Below are positions 40,265-53,987 of a stretch of 64,000 nt of DNA, one piece after another. The position numbers and the translations under genes are program-made. The stretch's first letter is position 1. Every line of letters starts with the position of its first letter. Under the pieces are notes generated by a model. The model was not told where the DNA came from, searched no databases, and saw only the letters and a program-made list of their open reading frames with translations. Source of the DNA: Nitrospinales bacterium (GTDB lineage Bacteria > Nitrospinota > Nitrospinia > Nitrospinales > VA-1); assembly GCA_965223795.1 (NCBI GenBank), contig CBDCXL010000002.1, forward strand, positions 512,001 to 576,000. The letters are read 5' to 3'.

Positions 40265-40340
40265 AGGAAAGGTTTTAAGGGAAAATCATTAGGGAACCGT
40301 CCCTGATTAAGGACGGATAAAAATAGGCGAGGGGAACACG

Positions 40341-40394
40341 GCCTGTGGACTTGTGAAAAACCGCATTGCGGTTTTATCACAGTTGTCCACAGGC
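40341..40394. repeat. 54-bp imperfect palindrome at the islet boundary
   Basis: GCCTGTGGAC-TTGTGAAAAACCGC-ATT-GCGGTTTTATCACAG-TT-GTCCACAGGC. Confidence 0.75.
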
Positions 40395-40467
40395 TCTGCA
40401 ATTGTAGATTGGTATATAAGGAAATGTACTTAAAGTAAATACGTAATCGGAGCCGATAGTTGGAAGC

Positions 40468-40986
40468 TCACCGCCCCTCTCTTATCTCGATGTAGTAGTA
40501 GTTCGCCTCTTCCTTTTTGTTGGACACGACGCGGTAGGTGCCGATGCTCTTCGGCGGCAGCTGCACGCGCTTCCAGCCGCTCATGTCTTCGGCGGGCGTC
40601 TTGGCCTGGTCGAAAAACTGCGCCCGGCCCTCGACCTGCAGCGGGAAGTTGGTGTGGTTGCGCAGGATGGTCTGCACCTCCATCGTGCCGGTGGGCGTGC
40701 GGCGCACGTCCGCCTGCTCGACCGTCACCTTGTAGCGCGCCACCACGTTGCCGCCCGCGTTCTGCGCCTCCTGGGTGGTCGGCGCCACGCGGCGTCCTTC
40801 GCAGTAGGTCGCGCTGATCAGCTCGTTGTAGAGCGAGGTGTCGATGATGTTGATGCTGTTCATCTGCACGCCCGGCTCGACGGGTTTCTCCTCCAGAATG
40901 TTCACGCAGGGATCGGTGCTGGCGCAGCCGCCCAGAATCAGTCCCGCGAGTGCCATCCAGGCCACGGTTTTGGTCATTCGATTCAT
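40468..40986 (-). CDS. YcfL/DUF1425 family lipoprotein
   Basis: Lipobox LGGC; LRNHTNFPLQVEGRAQFFD...SGW; context with lpoB. Confidence 0.72.
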   Translation of the reverse strand: MNRMTKTVAWMALAGLILGGCASTDPCVNILEEKPVEPGVQMNSINIIDTSLYNELISATYCEGRRVAPTTQEAQNAGGNVVARYKVTVEQADVRRTPTGTMEVQTILRNHTNFPLQVEGRAQFFDQAKTPAEDMSGWKRVQLPPKSIGTYRVVSNKKEEANYYYIEIREGR

Positions 40987-42251
40987 AAGGAACCCTCCTC
41001 GGCGTTTCGTTGGGTTTGAGGCCGGCTCACCGGAGTCAACCGGGACCGCACCCAGGCAAATCCATAGCGATCGTTGATGTCGATGATCGTTTCGTTTCTT
41101 TCCAGCTTGGGAATCTTGTGGCCGTTGTCCTGCAGGAAGGAAACCCGCACGGCCCTGGTGTCCTGCTTGCGCGAATCGAAGGTGTAAAAATGCACGCGGT
41201 CGGGCAGGTTGTCCCAGTAGCGGGTGTCCGCGCGGGTGCGCGTGCGGTTGGCCACCGCCTGCTGGCCCATGCCAACCAGGCCGACGATGCCCGCGACGAT
41301 GGCGACGACGCCGGCGTCGTCGCCGAACCTCGGGGCCATCGCGATGGTGTTGAGCGAGATGTCGGTGAGCGCCCGGCCCATGGTTTCGTTGGTCTCCCTG
41401 AATTTCGCCTTGCCTTCGAGGATGCGGTCCACCTCGCGGCCGCCGCGCGTGCTGGCCTGCCAGTAGATGTCCTCGATGGGGTAGCCGTCGAACACCGAGC
41501 CGCCGATCTCAAACCGCGCTTTCTCGTCGGTGTGCCAGAAGCCGCGCTGGAACACCAGCTCGGACTGGCTGCGCCCGACGGCGACCTTGCGCGGCGAGCT
41601 GCCGGTCTCGGCGATCAGCAGCACGTTGTGACCCGGCTCGGGCGGCTTGAAATCCGGCCGCAGCTGCTTGACTTCGCGGAAGGCTTCCCCGGCCAGGTTC
41701 CTGTCGCCCAGCATCCAGGAGGCCCAGCCTTCCAGAAATACCAGCATGGCGAAATCGGCGCGGTAGATCTCCTCTTCCGCCATCGCGTCCTGCAGCAGCC
41801 CACCCTTGAAGGAGGCGCGCGCGTTCTCGAAATCGCCGCGGCGCATGTAGAGCAGCCCGCGGTAGTAGTAGGCCATGGCCCGCTCGTAGGGCTCGCCCTT
41901 GAACACCTTGCGCCCTTCCTCGTGCCACAGGCTGCGCGCCTTGGCCGCCTCGGCGTCGTTGGCGTACACCGCCTCGATGTTGAGCAGCGCGATGTCGAAG
42001 GATTCCTCGGCGAGCTTCCACTGCTTCAGCTCCATCGCGGCGAGGCCGATGCGCATGTGGTTGAGCACCAGGTTGCGGCGGCCTTCCATCAGCACGCGGC
42101 GGTACATCGGGTGCAGCTCGGCGGGCTTGTCCGCCAGGTACGCCCGCATCTCCGGCTCGGGAACGTGGATGATCTTGTAGTCCGGGCCGGACGCGCAGGC
42201 GGCGAGCAGCAGCCAGACCCAGGCCAGATGTATGCGCGCAAATCGGATCAA
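40983..42251 (-). CDS. TPR-like lipoprotein (COG3014-like)
   Basis: Lipobox LAAC; FKGEPYE; ADTRYWDNLP. Confidence 0.72.
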   Translation of the reverse strand: MIRFARIHLAWVWLLLAACASGPDYKIIHVPEPEMRAYLADKPAELHPMYRRVLMEGRRNLVLNHMRIGLAAMELKQWKLAEESFDIALLNIEAVYANDAEAAKARSLWHEEGRKVFKGEPYERAMAYYYRGLLYMRRGDFENARASFKGGLLQDAMAEEEIYRADFAMLVFLEGWASWMLGDRNLAGEAFREVKQLRPDFKPPEPGHNVLLIAETGSSPRKVAVGRSQSELVFQRGFWHTDEKARFEIGGSVFDGYPIEDIYWQASTRGGREVDRILEGKAKFRETNETMGRALTDISLNTIAMAPRFGDDAGVVAIVAGIVGLVGMGQQAVANRTRTRADTRYWDNLPDRVHFYTFDSRKQDTRAVRVSFLQDNGHKIPKLERNETIIDINDRYGFAWVRSRLTPVSRPQTQRNAEEGSL

Positions 42252-42277
42252 GGAAACACCTCAGCGATAATAACGGT

Positions 42278-42949
42278 TCAGCGGTAAATGATGTCGTCCT
42301 GGGCCGATTTCTTGAAATCGTAGATGCCGCTCCAGGAAATGCGGCCGGATTCCAGATCGATCATCTCGAAGATGATCTGGTGCGTCCGCGACGCGAGTCC
42401 CGTGGGCGTCACCGCGTCGATGGTGGTGATGCGGCCGCCGAGGCGGTAATCGCCGCCCAGCGTGGACTCGCGGTGCGCGATGGTCCCCGAGTCGACCACC
42501 GGCGCGCTGTCCTGCGTGCCGCTGCGCTTCAAGGCGCGCTCGCGCTCGACCATGTCGGAATAATGCCGTCCCACGAAGACCATGCGGCCCTGCGCCGCGC
42601 GGTTCAGTTCCACCCGGAGCCGGTCGGTGATGATGTTCTTGTTGATGCGGGTGGAGCCTTCGTTGCGGAAGTATTCCGAATCGATGATCACCCGCGGCGG
42701 CGTGTTGCGGCCGGAAAGCACCGGCGTGGCGAGCATGTCGCCGACCATCTGGTCGGTCATGCTTTTCACGTCCTGGGACTCGATGCCGATGCCCTGGACC
42801 CGTCCGGGCGAGTCGACGTCTTCATACACGGTGGGGCGTCCCGGAGCGCTCTCCGCACCCGGGCCCGGAACGTAAGGCGGCGGCGTGGAACAACCCGCCC
42901 AGATAAAGCCTTGAATCGCAATCAAAAAGAATCCTGCCGCTGGTCTCAT
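42278..42949 (-). CDS. LpoB/CsgG-like lipoprotein (penicillin-binding protein activator family)
   Basis: Lipobox WAGC; DYRLGGRI...FEMIDLESGRISW. Confidence 0.72.
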   Translation of the reverse strand: MRPAAGFFLIAIQGFIWAGCSTPPPYVPGPGAESAPGRPTVYEDVDSPGRVQGIGIESQDVKSMTDQMVGDMLATPVLSGRNTPPRVIIDSEYFRNEGSTRINKNIITDRLRVELNRAAQGRMVFVGRHYSDMVERERALKRSGTQDSAPVVDSGTIAHRESTLGGDYRLGGRITTIDAVTPTGLASRTHQIIFEMIDLESGRISWSGIYDFKKSAQDDIIYR

Positions 42950-43174
42950 ATCCTTAGCCTCCAGGCTGTCCCGCAATGGTTATCGATGTTTCTATATCCC
43001 TGACCTTTCAATATCGGACAATTTCCCGGTCAACGCAATTCCATTCATTATAATCAATAATACATTCATATTTATATGAATGTTTTAGCTGACCTCATTT
43101 TTTGCAATTTGTCAACGCCCCGCAGGCGACATTTCCGCAGAAGCGCCGGAAATTGCTCCGGACAGCAAGCGGAT

Positions 43175-46915
<3,741 letters not shown>

Positions 46916-46999
46916 GCGCGAATTATACGGGAACCCGGCGGCGCGGTGCCGCAAAAGGTGGAATCGGTCTACGGGAAGACGCAACGGGATCGGTGTGGA

Positions 47000-47026
47000 G
47001 TCATGCTTCGACAGGCTCAGCATGAC
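47000..47026. repeat. REP-like hairpin
   Basis: GTCATGC-TTCGACAGGCTCA-GCATGAC, intergenic. Confidence 0.65.
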
Positions 47027-47053
47027 CTATAAAGGTCTTACGGGATGCCTCGT

Positions 47054-48046
47054 TCAGGGACGCGCGCCGTTGAGGACGCTCAGGGTCATTCCTTCCTGGG
47101 CGAGCTGCATCTGCAGATTGGAATCGGGGGCGATGGGCTTCAAGTATTTCTCGGACTGGCGCAGGATGTCCACCAGTTTGAAGTCGCTGTAATTGGGTTC
47201 GTGGTGGTAGAAGACGATTTTCTTCACGTTGGCGTCCACCGCCAGATCGACGCCGATGAAGGTGGAGCTGTGCCCCCAGTCCGTCTTTTCGATGCTCTCG
47301 CCGAAGGTGTACATGGCATCGAAGATCAACAGGTCGGCATCGCGGAAAAACTCGACGTTGGGCTTGAGTTCCTCGGCGCTCAGGTTTTTGTATTCCGCGT
47401 CGGTGGCGTAGATGACCGATTTGCCCTTGTATTCCACCCGGTAGGAAAACGATTTGTCCGGATGACACATCTCTTTCCAGCTCACGCGGATGTCGTCGCC
47501 TATTTTGACTTCGTTGCCGACGGTCAGATCCGGAAAGTCCAGATCGGCGGCATAGGCGTCGAAGGGAACCGGGAAGTACTCGTGGAACTGCTGGCCTTCC
47601 AGACGCTCCTTGAGGTTGCCGAACGGGCAGTTGAAGGTGAAGTAATTTCCTTTGATGAACAACGGCGTGAAAAACGGCAGTCCCTGGATGTGGTCCCAGT
47701 GGGTGTGGGAAAAGAAAATATGCGCCGTCCCCTGCCCCTTGCCGAAATCCCCCTTCATCAGATCGAGCCCCAGTGTGCGGATGCCGGTGCCGGCATCGAA
47801 GATGAGGATTTCGCCGCCCACGTTCATCTGAACGCAGGAGGAGTTGCCGCCGAAGCAGCCGCGCACTTCCACAGGCAGTCCGCTGACGAAGCTCTGGATC
47901 GCGGCCGCGTCCTTGAGGTCTCCGGGCTGGGCCTGCTCGAGGGCGCGGGTCAGTTTTTCCTCGATCTGAATCGTGGTCGGAGGCGTCGGGATGGACCCGC
48001 GCACGCCGCGAAACGTCACTGAAAAATCGGAATTGTCGGATGCCAT
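47054..48046 (-). CDS. MBL-fold metallohydrolase (phosphodiesterase-like)
   Basis: GVRGSIP, DAGTG, SHTHWDHIQG, WGHS, HHEP. Confidence 0.9.
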   Translation of the reverse strand: MASDNSDFSVTFRGVRGSIPTPPTTIQIEEKLTRALEQAQPGDLKDAAAIQSFVSGLPVEVRGCFGGNSSCVQMNVGGEILIFDAGTGIRTLGLDLMKGDFGKGQGTAHIFFSHTHWDHIQGLPFFTPLFIKGNYFTFNCPFGNLKERLEGQQFHEYFPVPFDAYAADLDFPDLTVGNEVKIGDDIRVSWKEMCHPDKSFSYRVEYKGKSVIYATDAEYKNLSAEELKPNVEFFRDADLLIFDAMYTFGESIEKTDWGHSSTFIGVDLAVDANVKKIVFYHHEPNYSDFKLVDILRQSEKYLKPIAPDSNLQMQLAQEGMTLSVLNGARP

Positions 48047-48065
48047 AGCAGGGGTCTCGAAGCGG

Positions 48066-48923
48066 TCAGCCTTTCATGGAACTTTCGGTCTGTCTCAGGC
48101 CATCCAGAGGTTGTTCGATGATGGCGTCGAGCTGAGGCGGCGAAACATGAAGGATTTCGAAAACGACCGGATCGAGGGTTTCCTCTGTTGTGGGAATCAG
48201 TCCATGATCGAGGCCGTTCACGTTGGCGATCTTGTTTGAGATGTTCACCAGCTTGTGGATGTTGTGCCGGGAGCCGTCGTTTTTGAGCGGCATGTGGTGC
48301 TCCTTCGCGGCGCGAACGACGACCGGGGATACCGGCCATTGATGGTGGATGAACCGCGCGCCCAGTTCCGCGTGCCCGATGCCGAAGGCCTGCACTTCCA
48401 GCGCATCCAGATCGGGCGATCCGGGTTCCAGGGTATCGGTGAAGGCTTTGTATTCGTCCGGAATGAGAAAATCGAAAACCAGGATGCCGAGATCGTGCAT
48501 CAGCCCGCAGACGTAGCTTTCCTCACGCTCCTCTCCGGTCAACCCATAATGCTCGGCCAGACACTGAGACAGGCAGGCCACAGCCAGGGAATGTTTCCAG
48601 AAACGGATCTGATCGAAGGCCTTGGGCTTTTTGAACATGGAGGGCAGCTGCAGGGTGTAGGCCAGATCCAGAACCATTTTGATGCCCAGCCTCAGGATCG
48701 TGGTCTCGAGGTCCTTCGCCTGCTCCCGGCCGCCGCCGAACAGGACGCTGTTGGCCATTTTGATGAGCCGTCCCGACAGCACGGGCTCGGTTTCGATCAG
48801 CTCGGCGATGGCCTCGATGTCGCTTTCGGGGTCGTTGATGAGTTTTTCGAGCCTTAAAAGGATGTCCGGCAGCGGGGGAAGCTCCCCCTTTTCCTTGATC
48901 AGGCCCAGTATTTTTTCTCGCAT
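48066..48923 (-). CDS. HDOD domain protein
   Basis: LPPLP, MANS, FWKHS, GLMHDLG, HAELGA. Confidence 0.92.
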   Translation of the reverse strand: MREKILGLIKEKGELPPLPDILLRLEKLINDPESDIEAIAELIETEPVLSGRLIKMANSVLFGGGREQAKDLETTILRLGIKMVLDLAYTLQLPSMFKKPKAFDQIRFWKHSLAVACLSQCLAEHYGLTGEEREESYVCGLMHDLGILVFDFLIPDEYKAFTDTLEPGSPDLDALEVQAFGIGHAELGARFIHHQWPVSPVVVRAAKEHHMPLKNDGSRHNIHKLVNISNKIANVNGLDHGLIPTTEETLDPVVFEILHVSPPQLDAIIEQPLDGLRQTESSMKG

Positions 48924-49247
48924 GCGCGCCCTTTGGCCGCACCCAGGCGGGTGCCCTTTTATATCAAATATACTGTAAATGTCTATTATACACCTAAGCC
49001 CTTTACAGTCAAACAGTTAAAAAAAAGAACGCTTGCGGTAAACGCTTCATGGCAAAGGGATTGGGGGTAAAAAACCCGTGATTTTTATTGGACTTCCCCC
49101 CAATTTACGCCTAAAATACACCCCCTAAATCACAGCAAAACAGCTCATAAAGCGCCATGCGGGACGGATCGGCGGATCACGGGGGCTTTCCTTAATACCC
49201 GTCGATTTAAGACCGTTTTCGGGATTCAAGACAGGATGGGGGAATCC

Positions 49248-50240
49248 ATGTCCAGAATCAGCACAAACAACGTCAAAATACCGACAGCTCTTCTGGGGAT
49301 CGCGGTCCTCGGCCTGAGCGCCGGCTGCGCCTCGCCCAAGCTCCACATCCACAAGCAGTGGCCTCCTCTCAAGGCGCAAACCGGCAATGCGGGCCTGACG
49401 ACGCCGCAAAAGGCCCCGGTCCGGCTGGCTTCCCTGTCTCCCGCACCGGTGCTGGCGAAACCGGCCCGCAAACCCGCTGCCGCAAAGCAGGCGCTTGAAA
49501 CGATCCCCCCCCGGCCGCCGCAGGCCGCGGTGAAACAAAAACGGATCGTCAAACCCACGACCCCCAAAAAGCACACGGCGAGAAAAAAAAGGGCAAAACA
49601 GTTTCCTTTAGGGAGCGCCCCTTACCGGGTTTTCGGCGTGAAGTATTTTCCCATGCAGAGCGCTCAGGGTTTCGATGAGGAAGGCATGGCGTCCTGGTAC
49701 GGCCCCAAGTTTCACGGCCGGCGCACGTCGAACCGGGAGGTGTACGACATGCACGGCATGACGGCCGCCCACAAAACCCTGCCTTTCAATACGTATGTGA
49801 AAGTTATCAACCTGGAAAACAACCTGAGCGTCACCGTGCGCATCAACGACCGCGGCCCGTTCGTCGGCGATCGGCTCATCGATCTCAGCTACGCGGCCGC
49901 TAAAAAACTGAAAATGTCGAAAAAAGGGCTCGCGCCCGTGCGCGTCATCGCCCTGTCCGAATCGGATCTTTCGCAGGACCATCCGCCTCTGCCCAAACCC
50001 CGCTACGCCGTGCAGGTTGCGGTGTTCAATGACCTGGAAAATGCCCACCAACTGAAACGCGAACTTGAAAACAAAAAGATCCAAGCCTATAGTGTAAAGG
50101 GGTCCCGCAAGGTACGCGTTCTGGCGGGCAAATATTCAGAGTTCAACCCGGCCTATCAGCTGCAGAAAAAAATCCGGCAAATGGGTTTTTCGGACGCCCT
50201 CATCGTGGTCAACCGTTCTCAAAGGCGCGCCGCCCCCTGA
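49248..50240 (+). CDS. rlpA: Septal ring lytic transglycosylase RlpA with SPOR domain
   Basis: Lipobox SAGC; ASWYG, TAAHKTLP, INDRGPF, IDLS; C-terminal SPOR. Confidence 0.93.
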   Translation: MSRISTNNVKIPTALLGIAVLGLSAGCASPKLHIHKQWPPLKAQTGNAGLTTPQKAPVRLASLSPAPVLAKPARKPAAAKQALETIPPRPPQAAVKQKRIVKPTTPKKHTARKKRAKQFPLGSAPYRVFGVKYFPMQSAQGFDEEGMASWYGPKFHGRRTSNREVYDMHGMTAAHKTLPFNTYVKVINLENNLSVTVRINDRGPFVGDRLIDLSYAAAKKLKMSKKGLAPVRVIALSESDLSQDHPPLPKPRYAVQVAVFNDLENAHQLKRELENKKIQAYSVKGSRKVRVLAGKYSEFNPAYQLQKKIRQMGFSDALIVVNRSQRRAAP

Positions 50241-50313
50241 AAAAAACAAACCGGATCGACTCTTTGTCCTCACACCAACCCGGAAACGCCGGAATTTGAC
50301 CGGAGACGAATGC

Positions 50314-50796
50314 ATGAGATTACCAATTCTGGAAAAACTGGAAAAAGAATTGGAAAACACCAAAACCGAACTGAAAGTCGAGATCCCGCAGGCGCTGAAG
50401 GTGGCCCGGGAGCACGGGGATCTCAGCGAAAACGCCGAGTACAAGGCCGCCAAGGAACGGCAGATGTTCCTGGAAAGCCGGATGTCGCAGCTGCAGAAAC
50501 GCATCAGCGACATCACCGCCCTCAACATCGACCGGCTGCCGAGAGACCGCTCCGGGCTGGGAAGCACGGTGCTGCTCAAGGATCTGGACTCGGGAACCGA
50601 AACCGAGTACCGCCTGGTGTTTCCTGAAGAGGTGAACCCGGAGGAAGGGAAAATTTCCACCGCCTCCCCGATCGGCCGGGCTCTGATGGGCAAGCAGGAA
50701 GGGGATGAAGTCACCATTCCCCTGCCGGAAGACCGAAAGGAATACGAGGTGCTGCGTGTCGTCACCATCCATGAAAACTCCGGAAATTCTTCCTGA
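50314..50796 (+). CDS. greA: Transcription elongation factor GreA
   Basis: HGDLSENAEY, ISTASPIGRALMG. Confidence 0.95.
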   Translation: MRLPILEKLEKELENTKTELKVEIPQALKVAREHGDLSENAEYKAAKERQMFLESRMSQLQKRISDITALNIDRLPRDRSGLGSTVLLKDLDSGTETEYRLVFPEEVNPEEGKISTASPIGRALMGKQEGDEVTIPLPEDRKEYEVLRVVTIHENSGNSS

Positions 50797-50878
50797 AGCG
50801 GTCCGCGGACCGCGCAGCCCAGGCTTTGCGGATCCGCACATCCGGACCGCCTGAAACCAACCGAACCCGAAACCCGAA

Positions 50879-51511
50879 ATGGCCAGACCCCTCATATCGT
50901 TTGAAGAAATCGCGGAGCAGAGTCCCTATTTCCTGGACGTGGATTTCAAGCCCGACTGGGCGGCTTTGTTTGAAAACGACAATCCGCTGAAACTGGAAGT
51001 GGGATTCGGCAACGGCAAGTTCCTTCTGGAAATGGCGATCCGCGAACCGCAGTGCAATTTCATCGGGATGGATTTTTACCACAAGGGCATCCGCAAGGTG
51101 ATCACGCGCATCAACAAGCTCCACTTGGGCAACATTCGCATCGTGTACGGCGACGCGCGCGAAAAGGTGCCGCTGATGTTCGCGGAGCAGGAACTCGATA
51201 CGATCTACATCAATTTCCCCGATCCCTGGCCGAAAAAAAGGCATTACAAGCGGCGTCTCATCAAGCCGCCGTTCGTCGACACGCTGGCGAACACGCTGGC
51301 CGAAGGCGGCCATGTGCTGGTGGCGACGGACAGCGAACCCTACGCCATGGAAATCCTGGAATTTTTCGAAGAGCACCCGGCGCTCAAGAACAAGATCGGC
51401 CCCGGCGTCTTCAGGGGCAGCCGCGGAGACATCCCGCAGTCGAAATACGAACGGAACTTTCTCAATGCCGGAGAAAAAATCTACTACCTGGAATTCATTA
51501 AAAACGCCTGA
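50879..51511 (+). CDS. trmB: tRNA (guanine-N7)-methyltransferase
   Basis: EVGFGNG, NFPDPWPKKRHYKRR, ATD, SKYE. Confidence 0.95.
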   Translation: MARPLISFEEIAEQSPYFLDVDFKPDWAALFENDNPLKLEVGFGNGKFLLEMAIREPQCNFIGMDFYHKGIRKVITRINKLHLGNIRIVYGDAREKVPLMFAEQELDTIYINFPDPWPKKRHYKRRLIKPPFVDTLANTLAEGGHVLVATDSEPYAMEILEFFEEHPALKNKIGPGVFRGSRGDIPQSKYERNFLNAGEKIYYLEFIKNA

Positions 51512-51564
51512 ACCGGCGAACTCCGCCGGACGGGCCCGCGTCCCGGTCCAACTCTAATTCGGAG

Positions 51565-53742
51565 GTGCATTTGTCCCGCATACTGATCGTCGATGATGAA
51601 AAAAACATTGTCACTTCGCTCAAGGAAATTCTCACCGAAGAGGGATTCGAGGTCGCGGCCGCGGGAGACGGACTGGGTGCGCTGGAAATGATCCAGGCGG
51701 ACCCGCCGGATCTGGTGCTTCTGGATATCTGGCTGCCGGGGATGGACGGCATCGAGGTGCTGAAAACCGTCAAGACCTACCACCCGGAGATCGAGGTTCT
51801 CATCATGTCGGGCCACGGGACCATCGACACCGCCGTCAAGGCCACGAAGCTGGGTGCGCACGACTTCATCGAAAAGCCGTTCTCCCTCGATCATCTGACG
51901 CAATCGATCCACAACGTGTTCCAGAAAAAACACGCCACGAACGGAGTGGATGACGACAAGCGGGATTTGCCGCTGTGCTTTGAAATGATGGTGGAGGTGA
52001 AAAAAGCCGCTTTGCAGGCGGCCACCAACGACAACCCCATTCTGGTGCTGGGGGAAAAGGGCACGGGAAAGGAATTCATCGCGCACGCGATCCACAAACG
52101 CAGCCCCAACAGCGACCGGCCTTTCGTGCAGTTCAACTGCGCGCTGCGCGAACCGCAGGAAATCCAGTCGCACCTGTTCGCGGATCCGGCGGGCCAAAAA
52201 ACCGGAAAAGCGGCGGCGTTGGCCCGGGAAGCCGCGGGACGGGTTCTTTATCTCAGCAATATCGAATCGTTGAGCCCGAAACTGCAGAAGCAGCTTGCGG
52301 ACACACTCGAAAAAGGCAAACCCGGAGAGTTTTTGCCGGTGCGCCTGTTCGCCTCTTCTTCGAAGGATCTGCAATCGCTGGCGGCGCAGGGCAAGTTCAG
52401 CGCACCGCTGTTGAAGATCTTCGAGGCCGCGACGGTGCGCATCCCGCCGCTTCGGGAGTACACCGAAAACATCCCGGCCATGGTGCAGGACTATTTCGAG
52501 GAATGCGCCCAGAAAGGCAAGTTCCAGGCGCCGGTGCTCGAACCGGAAGCGCTGGAGGATCTGTGCCAGTATTCCTGGCCGGAAAACGTGAAGGAACTGC
52601 GCTCGGTGCTGGATCAAATCCTGGTTGTGGGCGTCCGGCGCGGGCGCATCCGCGCCCAGGACCTGCCGGCGGAAGTGCGGCGCCCGCGGCGGGAACCCGA
52701 CGCCGGAAACGCGGACGGTTTCGTGTCCTACCAGGAGGCGGAACAGATCTGGGAAAAAGGCTTCCTCATCCACCACCTGCGCAAGAACAACTGGGACCTG
52801 GAAAAGACCTGCCGGAGCCTGAAAACGGACGTGAGCGATTTTAAAGGGAAGATGAAGCGGCATGCGATCCGGCTTCCGGGCGACACCCCGGCCGGGCCCT
52901 CCCCTTCCCTGCAGCGGACCTTGAAACGCAGCGTGGTGCTGTGCGGCAGCGGCCTGCACTCCGGCATCAAAACCGGGCTTATCCTGCAGCCCCTGCCTCC
53001 GGGAAGCGGCATCATCTTCGGCGACATCTCCACCGGCCAGACCGTCCCGGCGCGGCTGGAAAACGTGCGGTCCACCGATTATTCCACCTGCCTGAAAAAG
53101 GGACTGGTTTCGGTGGCCACGATCGAGCACATCATGGCGGTGCTGCACATGTACCGGATCACCAACCTGCTGATCAAGATCGGCGATGAGGTCCCGGTGA
53201 TGGACGGCTCGGCGAAGGATTTCTGCGAGCTGATCGAAGACGGGGAATTCGAGGAGCAGGACGGGCTGTTCGAGGAGATCGTCATCGACGAAACCCTCTC
53301 TTTCGGGCCGGAAAAAGAAGGCGGGCCGTACATCTCGATCGAACCTTCCGACAAGTTCAAGGTGAGCTACCACATGGAATACCCAGAGCCGATCGGCAAG
53401 ATGGATTATACGTATGAGTTCAACGGCGAGGCGAGCTTCAAAGAGGAAATCGCTCCGGCGCGGACGTTCGGTTTCCTGCAGGACGTGGCGCAGCTGACGA
53501 AGATGGGGTTCGCCTCGGGCGGCAAGCTCGACAACTTCATCCTGCTCGGCGACGGCAAGGTCATCAACACGAAACTCCGGTTCGACAACGAGTTCGTGCG
53601 CCACAAGATTCTCGACATTCTGGGGGATTTCTACCTTCTCGGAAAACCGCTGCGCGGCCACATCAAGGCGCACAAATCCGGCCACACGCAGAACGTGGGC
53701 CTGCTGAACCAGATCCAGAGCCGGCTGGCCCAGCCCGCCTGA
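51565..53742 (+). CDS. lpxC: Fusion: NtrX-like receiver + degenerate AAA+ + HTH-like + UDP-3-O-acyl-GlcNAc deacetylase
   Basis: IVDDE/LLDIWLP/EKPF receiver; GEKGTGKE; LpxC motifs QRTL, GLHSG, TIEH, HKILD, GH in a single 725-aa frame. Confidence 0.92.
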   Translation: MHLSRILIVDDEKNIVTSLKEILTEEGFEVAAAGDGLGALEMIQADPPDLVLLDIWLPGMDGIEVLKTVKTYHPEIEVLIMSGHGTIDTAVKATKLGAHDFIEKPFSLDHLTQSIHNVFQKKHATNGVDDDKRDLPLCFEMMVEVKKAALQAATNDNPILVLGEKGTGKEFIAHAIHKRSPNSDRPFVQFNCALREPQEIQSHLFADPAGQKTGKAAALAREAAGRVLYLSNIESLSPKLQKQLADTLEKGKPGEFLPVRLFASSSKDLQSLAAQGKFSAPLLKIFEAATVRIPPLREYTENIPAMVQDYFEECAQKGKFQAPVLEPEALEDLCQYSWPENVKELRSVLDQILVVGVRRGRIRAQDLPAEVRRPRREPDAGNADGFVSYQEAEQIWEKGFLIHHLRKNNWDLEKTCRSLKTDVSDFKGKMKRHAIRLPGDTPAGPSPSLQRTLKRSVVLCGSGLHSGIKTGLILQPLPPGSGIIFGDISTGQTVPARLENVRSTDYSTCLKKGLVSVATIEHIMAVLHMYRITNLLIKIGDEVPVMDGSAKDFCELIEDGEFEEQDGLFEEIVIDETLSFGPEKEGGPYISIEPSDKFKVSYHMEYPEPIGKMDYTYEFNGEASFKEEIAPARTFGFLQDVAQLTKMGFASGGKLDNFILLGDGKVINTKLRFDNEFVRHKILDILGDFYLLGKPLRGHIKAHKSGHTQNVGLLNQIQSRLAQPA

Positions 53743-53987
53743 CCCCCCGGAGGGGTGGAACGCTCTTTTTTTCTTGTCGGGGAATTTGTCAGATCCGCCT
53801 GCCTGGGAGGATAGCGTTTGGCAGGCGGACCCAAAGAGGTGGAAATCAATTTCCAAGATCTAAGAGCGTTTCGAAGTCCGATTTATTCCCTTTGGAGCGG
53901 CGATTTTTTCACGGCCCGCGGCGCATTGATTCGCCCGGAGGAATGATGGTAAGCTCTAAAATTAAACCGCACTCGATGAACGGTTGA

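Noticed and set aside
40383..40391. DnaA box / replication origin (TTGTCCACA)
   Set aside because: Single imperfect box inside a palindrome; no box cluster or dnaA nearby
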